Shown piece by piece: positions 44,601 to 54,897 of a stretch of 64,000 nucleotides of DNA; positions within the stretch are counted from its first letter, which is position 1; every line of letters begins with the position of its first letter. The position numbers and the translations under genes were made by a program. The notes under the pieces are model-generated. The model saw nothing but the letters and a program-made list of their open reading frames with translations. It was not told where the DNA came from and ran no database searches. Location: assembly GCA_002104945.1 (NCBI GenBank), contig MCFH01000037.1, positions 477,121 to 541,120 on the forward strand, given 5' to 3'. The DNA is from Piromyces finnis finn. Lineage: Eukaryota; Fungi; Neocallimastigomycota.

Positions 44601-47600
44601 AAATACTTCAAAAATTACTAATTTTATTAAAGAAGAATTATATTTATATAGATTATAAAAATTTAGTTTCAAGTATTGAAGAATATGAAAAACTACATTC
44701 AAAGAATTTTTTTGAAACATATGAAGATATTAATTCCGTGACTGAAAATACATCATTCTTAAATAGTATTTACTTATTAAATACATCTGGAATATTAAAA
44801 GATATAATTGAAAGTAAAGGAATGAATGAATATAATTACTATTCAGGATATCTTAACTGTTTAGAAAAAATAAAAAATGATGAAAATCCCTCTTTTGAAC
44901 TTTTAGTAAAGCTATTAATTGATATATGTATGATATGTCCTGATGTTCAAGAAGAGAGTTGGGGAAAATTATTGGTAAAAATAAAAATCATATATTAATA
45001 TTATTAAGAATTATTAAGAATATAAAATTAATATATATAATGTATGAATAGGGATTATCATCTATGACGGATTTAAAGTATTCAGATGTTATTTCTTTCT
45101 ACTCAAGAAATAAATATAAAGTAAACCATTTTTTTAAATAATAATAATTATTTTTGATATTTAATATAAATATTAATAACAATATATTACTTTCTTTTTC
45201 AGATTAATTATCTTTTTATAGTTAACTTTGAAAAGTTTCAAAAATATCTTTCAAATTGTATTTCAGAAAATATTGTTACTGATATACTAAATGATAGTAT
45301 TGATTTAATAGTTGATTATTCTAGTATTATTAATGAAAAAACGAAAATTAAATATTTAATGGAGGTATATTTCAAATTATTGTAATATAAAAATTTTGTT
45401 GTTAATGAATTTAAATATTAATATTTTTTAATTATTTTTCATAAAAAATTATAAATAGATATCTAATCAAATTGAATTTATAAAAAGTTATTTGACATAC
45501 CATTTAGAGAGGAAGAATGTAATTAAAATTAAATATATATTTTTAAATGGTTTTTTCAATTTAATAATTTTTTTTATAAATTAGTTCTATATAATTATAG
45601 ATTATTTTAAAAAATTATTTAAATTGGAAAACAAATTTTTAGAAAAATATGCATCATCAAATTGTAAGGATGAATTGTGTAAAATATATTTATCTTTATT
45701 TGATCCTATGAATACTCTTAAAGTTAAAAGTGAATCTCTTAAACTCTTTCCAATTTTTGAAAGTTGTTTAAGTAATAATTATCATGATCAGGTAAAATAA
45801 AGAAATTATTAATTATATATTAATAATAAACAACATATTAAATTTTAATTTTATTTTTTAGCTTGAAAAAGCAATTGAGTTTATTATATATAATCAATTC
45901 CCAATATCCTCACATGATCTTACTAAGGATACTATACAGTAAATATTAATAAAATTAAGTAGTTTATTAATTTAGTTTTGGTATTTGATTATACAAATAA
46001 GAAATTGATTTATTTAATTATATATATTATAATAGATATATTGAATATAAAAATACAATAACTGCACTGATTAATTTATTATCCACAGGAAATTTTATAA
46101 TAATAAAAAATTTAATTTTATTAACATGTAAAGAAAAGAATTTCAAGTATCAAGAAAAGATAACAGAATTTATTGCAATAATAATTAATAACTATACGGA
46201 AGAACAATTTACAAATTTTACTGATTACTGCATGAGGTACAATTATAATATCACTAAAACCTTTCATGAAAATAATTATACTTTTAAAAACTAATTTAAT
46301 TTATATCAATAGCAATTTATTAAATACTTGTAATGATCCTTTAGTTAGAGTAAATGTTATTAAACAATATTTAATACCAGCATTGATTTATGTTAAGTCC
46401 AAATACAAAATCAAATTTTATTCAAAATATATAAAACAATTAACTGAAGTGATAAAAGAACAATTAATTAATAAAGAAGACGAATTATGTATACAACTGA
46501 ATATCCATTCCAGTATTTTTAATATTTTACAAATATCCTTTTTATAACAATAGAATTATATTTTTTTTAAACTTATAATAACCCTGATATTATATATTAT
46601 ATCCTTAACTCTATTTTGCTAAATACATTATGTATGAGTATTTACCAAATATTGAAGTAAATGGTACAAATAGTATAATAAATAAGGCTTTTTGTAATGG
46701 TATTGTTAAAAATGGAAAAGAGTTATTAACAAGTTTAATGAAACCAGTTGCATATATTGCTAGATCAGTTGCAGTAAATATATATTATGTAAATTTTTTT
46801 TGGAAGTATTTTATTATACTTATACATTTATATTATGATTAATTTAAAAAGAATATAAATAGTAGTAATGAAGAATATATAAGAGCCAACAAATATTATA
46901 AACAATCAGCATATTGTTTAATTGCTGTTATGCTTTATTGCACTCAAACAAAGGAAAACTTTTTTAATGCCTTCTTATTCCAAGAAAATGAAGCTAAAAA
47001 TGAAAAAATATGGGAAAATATAATTGACACTGAAAATAAAATATTTTTCAAAGTTGAAGACGGAATTCCACATAAAAAAAATAGGAGATATTATGAAAAT
47101 ATTCAATATAGAAAAAATGTTATTCGTAATCAAAGAAATACTTTTTCAAGTTTTCTTTCTGCAAGTAGTTTAAGCCAAGTAAAAATTAATTAATTTTATT
47201 AATGTTAAAGATATACTATCTTATTTTATAATATTTATTAATTACTATTTTTAATATAAGTCCGTGGACTTTTTAGGTGAAAATAACGAAATAGATTTAA
47301 GTCAATATAATGAAAATGAATGGAATAATACAGAAAGTGATCAATATAGCAAAAATGAAATAACAAAAAATTATGAATATAGGTAAGCATAGAAAATAAA
47401 ATAAAAAATTGTAGGATATTCAGTAAATAATATAAATATGTGAATGCAATTTAAACAATATTAACTTTAAATAATATATATAGTGAACCATTTTTTGATC
47501 AAGATTGTGTTAATAATAATATATGTATGACAGTTATTTTAAAAATTATAAAAAAAATTTCAAATCCTAATAGTAATTCAACAGATCAAACTCTAATAAT

Positions 47601-50600
47601 GCCAGCATGGATGAATGCATTGTTAAAAGTATTTACTGCATTTTCAACACATATCAATGTTAAAATATTCATAGCAAAAATTATTGTAAATTATCCAGAT
47701 TCATTTGTTGCCTTTGCTAACTCATGGTATATACCATTAGTTAAATTCATATCAAGTTGTGAAGATTTTAATGACGGATTTACTTATTACGTTGAAGTTT
47801 GTTTAAAAATAATAAATCAAATATCTATATATCTATTTAATAAATTAAATATTAAAACATAAATATTAATTCTATTATATAAATATAAATAATAAAAGGA
47901 TTTATGTAATTTACTTATTAAATGGAAAGAATTAGTTAATATTGAAAATAATTCCGAAAATAGATTTAATTTTACAAATATGATGGTATAAGGATATATA
48001 ATTATAAATTTATTATTTTAACATTAATTAACATTTATTATTTTAAGAATATTATTATAAGATTTTCAAATGTCCAAGATGGCATATCCATGAAAGCAAT
48101 TATCGATATTATTAATGAATTTTTAAATAAATTTAAAGAACTTATTGATACACCAGTGGTAATATAATATTGTTTTTATAACTTTGATAATTATTAAATT
48201 TATGTGATTTGATACTAAAATTTTAATTAACCGTTTTGTTATAAAGGAAATAATCTATAATTTTTTAAAAAATAATAACGATCAGCAAAATAATGTTCAT
48301 TCAATTAATTTAGCTATTCAATTATTGGCATCTTTTGTATCCAATGATATACCAGAATATAATACGTTAAATATGGCATCCAGTAATACATATCCAACTG
48401 AAAACGAATTTTATGGTATTTTAGCAAATTATATTCAATTTAATCATAAAAATATATATGAGGCAGCATCAGAGGTATAAAAAATATAGATTTAATCTAA
48501 ATTTATAAAATATATACAAAGTACGCAAATTTAAAAATTTATATCATATTATTTATAGTTATGTGGTCTAATACTTAAAAGAATGAGTAAAACTAGTATG
48601 AATGATAATGTACTTTCCATCATTACAAATAAGGTATGAATCAACAATGAAATAATAAATAAATTTAATGTATCATAATATGTTAATATATTTTAATTAT
48701 TAAATTAAATTTATATTATAGATTGAATTATTGAATCCGGTTAATACAAAAAATAAAACTATAGATAAATTTATTATTTGTCTTCATCAAATTGGTTTGA
48801 ATTACAGTGAAATATTAGATAAATATCTAGTTTTAATTTTATTTTTATTCCCAAATCTTTCTCTGGATAGAAAAATTCAAGCTTTAGAAATTATTCGTTT
48901 AAGATGTCAAACCAGAAAAGAAACGCTTTTTGATGAATTAAAAGGAAAAGAATTAGAAGGATTACTTATGAATAGGTATATTTTAAAAAAAATAGAATAT
49001 ATAAAACAAAAATAAATAAAAGAAAAAAGGAGAGAACCCAAAATAATTAAATTAATTTTTTAATATATATAATATTTTTATTTATATGTTAAAGTTCTGA
49101 AAATATTCAATATTTAACCTTGGATATTATTTATAATATCAAGGATGTATTAAATGAAGAACAAATTAAATTTTTACTTAATAATTCAAATCATTTTATT
49201 AAACATAATTCATTAAGATGTCGAAATATCTTTTATGCAATCCTTAAAGATATTTATAATTTAAATATAAAAGAAGAAATTAAAGAGTCCGTAAAAGTAA
49301 TTTTATTAAATGGATTAGCAGATTCTGATGAAGAAATAAGAAATAATATTTTATCAATTTGGCATGATTCTTCTTTAGTTGATTCAACATTTGATCTTTT
49401 TGACCGTATATTAAAGTAATAATACTATTAAATAGTTTTAAAAAAATGAATAAATGAAATAACTAATCAATCTTTATTGCATACTAATGAATTGAATTAA
49501 AAATCATTAATATATACATATAATGTTTTTTTTTAAAAAAAACCATTTACCTAGTTCATTATATTCTAACAAAACAGAATCAATTTATTTATCATATGCA
49601 ACACCAATTCTATTATTATCCATATCAGATTTAGAAAATAACTTATTTATGAATTCATTACCAAATGCAATATTTGGAAAAAACAAAAAGTTTAATATGT
49701 CATTTATTAGTTCTTCAATGGATCCACTTTTTACTTCATCTCAAAATGATTCAGTAAATTAATAAAAAAAAATATTTAAATTTCTTTTATTAAATATATT
49801 CTAATATAATTATTAATATAAAATATAATAAAATATAATATTATTCTAATAGAATTATAACAGAATTTTTTCTAGTCAAAGAGAACTTTCGTTTACTCCA
49901 ACAATTGAAATGGGTAAAATCAAAATAAATGAGTAAAATAATTTTATGAAAAAAAGGTTTTAATTTTTTTTATGATATATTTATAAAAAAAAACAATTAT
50001 AGGTTCTCAGTATAGTTATAAACCAACTTATTCACAATCAACTCTTTTAGTCAATTTTGAAATTAATCATTTAAATGATGGATCTAAGAATGTAAAAAAC
50101 AAGCCACTAATAAATAATTTTGAAAATAATAATAATAAATCAAGTAGTTCAAATGTAAAAGAATCTAGTAATATATCTCCAACCCAGAGAAGAAGAGCCA
50201 TGAGATTCAATAGAACAAATGATTCCAAAAAAATATTTTTTGCAAACATCGCTGAAAGAAAGAAAAAAAGAATCGAAAAACATTTAAAATTGGGTGTAAA
50301 TAACAAAATATATAATAAAAATAGTATTAGTTTTAAAAAATTAAGTCTATCTCTGAATATAATAATAATTAAAATTTTATTTTAAATATATGCCTATAGA
50401 AACAAGCAAAGAATAAATTGGTATATACATTAAGAAATTACAAAGAAGGGGAACTTCCTGACATTCAAATAAAGTATAAAGAAATAATACAACCTCTTCA
50501 AGCTTTAGCTATTGCTGATATTGATATCTCAAAAAATTTATTTGTCATGATTCTTAATTCTATTTGGTTAAAAAGAGAAGAGATTATGGTTATTTATATA

Positions 50601-53600
50601 TATTATAGAATTAAATATCATAAATTCAATAACTATATTAATAATTATTTATTAATCTATTTTCATATTTATAAAGAGCGAAAATGAAAATGATATTTTT
50701 ACCGAAAAAATTGAAAAATGTTTAAATATCATATTAAAGAATACAACAGAATATGATTCTTCATTCATAACATCCATTTTAGTAAGTTACTTAATGTATA
50801 GATATTTAGTTTTAATTATTAGATTAATCTCTGTACCATAGAGTATTAATTTTTTATTATATTTATTTATTAAACAAAAATAGACTTTTTGTTTAAAAGA
50901 AAATATATATGTGGATACGGATATCATAAAAAAAATAGGGATGAACAGTAATAATGAGGCTTTAGCTATTTTACTTATTGAAAATATTCAATTAAATCAA
51001 CAAGAGAATTCAAAATCCATTATGGATAGTGATAATAGGAATCTTTGGAATAACTTAGCTCAATTATATAAAGATATAGGAGAAAATGAAATCTATCGAA
51101 ATATTGAAGAAAGCAAAATTAAAGCAAATCAATCAATAAAAGGTATATGAGTAATATAAATAGTATTTTTTTTTATTTATTTTTTTATCGGTTTTATTAA
51201 TAACATAACTTTTAAAAAAAATGTATAAATATTTTTTCTATTTGACGTTAAATATAGATGCAATTGAAATGGAAGTCCTAGGCTTATATCAAGATGCCTT
51301 ATCAATTTATTCAAAAAACATAGAAAATACTAATCAAATGAATGATCAATATGAGGTAATTTAAAAGAATTATATAAAAAATATTATAAATAATAATATA
51401 TTGATTATGAGTTATATTAATAAATAATATTAAAATGTAATAGTTAAATTTATGTGAGCAAGGAAGATTAGAATGCTATAATAAGGTAAGCATTATTAAA
51501 AATTTAAATAAATATATATTAAAAGATAATAATAAATTAATGAATTAAATCTATTAGCTTGGAAGTTGGTCTGATTTAGTAGATAATGTTGTCGATATAT
51601 GTGAAAATAATACCGAAAATTTATGGAATAATAATAATAAGGTAAATTATAGGAATAATAATAGATATTTATTATACAGATAATAAAATTAATTTTATTG
51701 TATATAAATCTATTTTTAATCTTACTAATGCTAAAAATTATATTAAAATTTATACCAATAATTATAAAATTATAGGATTTATTAAACTTTTACATAAGAG
51801 GTTGCATAAAATTACACCAAGGTTTTTATGATAGAGACAAAAATTATCATGAATGGAATGAAGATCATCAAAATCCAGTTATTAAATTTTTAAATAATGC
51901 TTTAAAAGATAACAATAAAAGGTAAACTTTTTTTTTACTTTAATTATTAAATAATAATTATTCATCCCTCTTTTTCTTTTTTAGTATTTCTTAACATTAT
52001 ATATTTATATGTATATATAATTATCATTTTAATAGAGAAATTGTAAATTCGTCTTATCCATATGGTAATATTATCAACATGTGTAATATAAAAACAAAAT
52101 AATTCGAAATTAAAAAAAAAAACTAATTCTTTTATTATTATTGTATAATAATAGAATTATCGGTTATTAGTATGATGGAAAATAATATAAACCAAACTAA
52201 ATATTATATATATCAAACTTATGAAAAGATATTTAAATCTTTATCCAATTCAAACTTTTTTACAAATAGTAATCACTTAATAAATGCTAGTCAAATACAA
52301 TCTGTAAATATAGATAGTTATTTAGATATTTAAATCATTTAATATGAAATTTTCTACTTATTTATATATCTATGTATATTAGATTTTAGAAATATCTGAA
52401 GCCATTGATCTTATAGAAAATGTTAAATCTGAAAATTCAAAATATATGTTTAATAAGATGATATCAAAATGGAATTCCAGATATCCAACAGATAATGAAA
52501 TATACATTGATTATTGGTTTGATATTTGTGAAAATCGAGAAATTATATTGAATTTGATTAAAAAGGCCTTTGAAAGTAATATTTATGAAGATAAAATAAT
52601 TGATCAGAAAAAAAATATTTGGTTAAAATGTAGTAAAGCTGCTTTAAATCTTAAAAACTTTTTCGTTGTTGCTTCATGTCTCAGTAAAAGTAAAAGCTAT
52701 GGTCTTTCAAAAATGGAATTTTCTTATGAAGCCATTAAATATATTACTATTGAATTAAAAGTATTAAAAGATCCTGTCGAAAGATTAAAAAAGATTGTTT
52801 CTCTTGGGATTTCACTCACTAGTATATATAAGGTTAGTATAAAAATAGTCTATTTAAAAATATGTATATACAAAATAATAATTATATAAATAATGTATAC
52901 TTTTATTGTTACTTTCATTCCTAAATATTATTAATATTTCAATAATTACTTTTTAAATGAATTAAAAAATTTATTGGGTAAATAGAAATTAGAAAAGAAT
53001 CCGGATTATCAATTACTATCAAAATTATATCAATTAGATAGTGATTTATCTTCAATTATTCTTGAAGATAACAAATCTATGCATCAGAGTCTACTAAACG
53101 AGTGTCATTCAAATCCAAAATTTTCAAAATTTATACCAGAAACCTTTACTACAAATATTTCAACATTATTATATTATTTCCAAGGAAGAGGTCTTAAAAG
53201 ATTATTAGAAACCCTGAAACTTTATAAAACAAACAATGTTATTGAGGTCAGTATAATTCAGGATCTTGAATAAAATTTCATTTCCATTGTTTGATAAAAA
53301 TAGGATGTATTGTAATACATGTAATTTATAATCATATAAATCAACTAAAATAAATATACTATGTATTTTTTCCATTTTTTATTTAGGAAAATAAAAATAT
53401 ACATTTAGCTATTGCAAAATTCTGCGATAAAAGTATTAAAAGGATGGAACATAATTTAAATGAAGATATTGATGAAGTAAGTATACAAATATTTAAGGAT
53501 ATCGTTCTGAAGATCGATTATAATAATTTTTCAAAAAAAAAAAAAAAGGAAAATAATCTCTTTGATAACAATAATCGATTAATTAATAATACCTTTATTC

Positions 53601-54850
53601 CAATAAAAACTATTTATAGATTATTAAAAAAAATTAACATTTTCTATATTTATATTATTTTATTACTAACGAAAAACAAACTTTTCAATTCAAAACTAAT
53701 TTATATATTTAATATAGGACAATTTACAAAAAAATTTCAATGAATATTCCAAATTAGAAATCAAATACCTTTTAAGATCCTTAAAGTATGGTTCAATTGA
53801 AGCTATTGAACTCTTCCCAAGATTATTACAATTAATTGAAAATAATGAAGATAATCAAAAAAGTTTTATGAAAAATGTAATTTTAATATATAATTAATAA
53901 TAAATAGAATAAATTATTTATATTACAGAATGTTTGTTCAATCAATTTATTATAACTATATTATATCCATTTAAAAAAAATAATAGGTTGAAGGAATAGA
54001 ACCTTGGTTATTTATTCGATGGATACCCCAAATAACTTCTCTTTTAGATAAAGATTGTGGCTATTCATTAATTCCTTTATTGAAGGAGGTATTAAATTGG
54101 AATAAGAATTATATATTATAAATATTAAAATGAAGTTTTTACTAAAAAAAATGAAATTTTCAATCATTTTTTTTTTTAGATTGCAATACATTATCCTAAT
54201 GCCTTAAATTATCCATTAAATATTAGTTGTGAACAATTTAATTTTGAAGAAAAAATCACCAATAGCTTTAATATTGATGTAGAAAAAGAAGTTGAAAAAT
54301 TAAAAGAAATTATATATGACGAACAGAATGAAACCTTTATTATGGAATTACAAAGATTATCTGAACCAGTTCATATTTATAAAGATTATGCAGAAAAAAT
54401 AGCAGTAAGTTAATTAATAATAAATCGAAGAAAATAAAAGTTTTTATTTTTATGTTGTGATATATAAAAATAGTTTATAAATCTTAATTATTTATTTAAA
54501 ATGCCTTTGAAATTAGGAAAAATTAAATAGTAAAGAAAAATCAAGTGTAAAAGTTGCAGATTTAAAGGAATATTCAAGAATTATTTTTGAATATTTAATT
54601 GATCCTCCATCAAATAAAGCTGGAACAATATATATCCTTTTTTAATTATTATGACTCTTTTTGTTTAAAACATTTTAATAATATTACAACCCTTTTTTAT
54701 ATTATTTACTTTTTCTTTAACTCTTTTTTTTGTATATATATACATCAGAAATTTTCAAAAAAATATAAAAATGAATTAAAAAAGGTTTTTGGTATGTTTA
54801 ACTATTCCTTTTCATATTATCGATTGAATTATTTATACCAATATATATAT

Positions 54851-54897
<47 letters not shown>

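Noticed and set aside
46533-54743. Apparent in-frame stops suggesting DNA-PKcs is a pseudogene (for example at about 46545 and 54641)
   Set aside because: Both stops fall inside AT-AC introns whose removal restores the frame and the homology.
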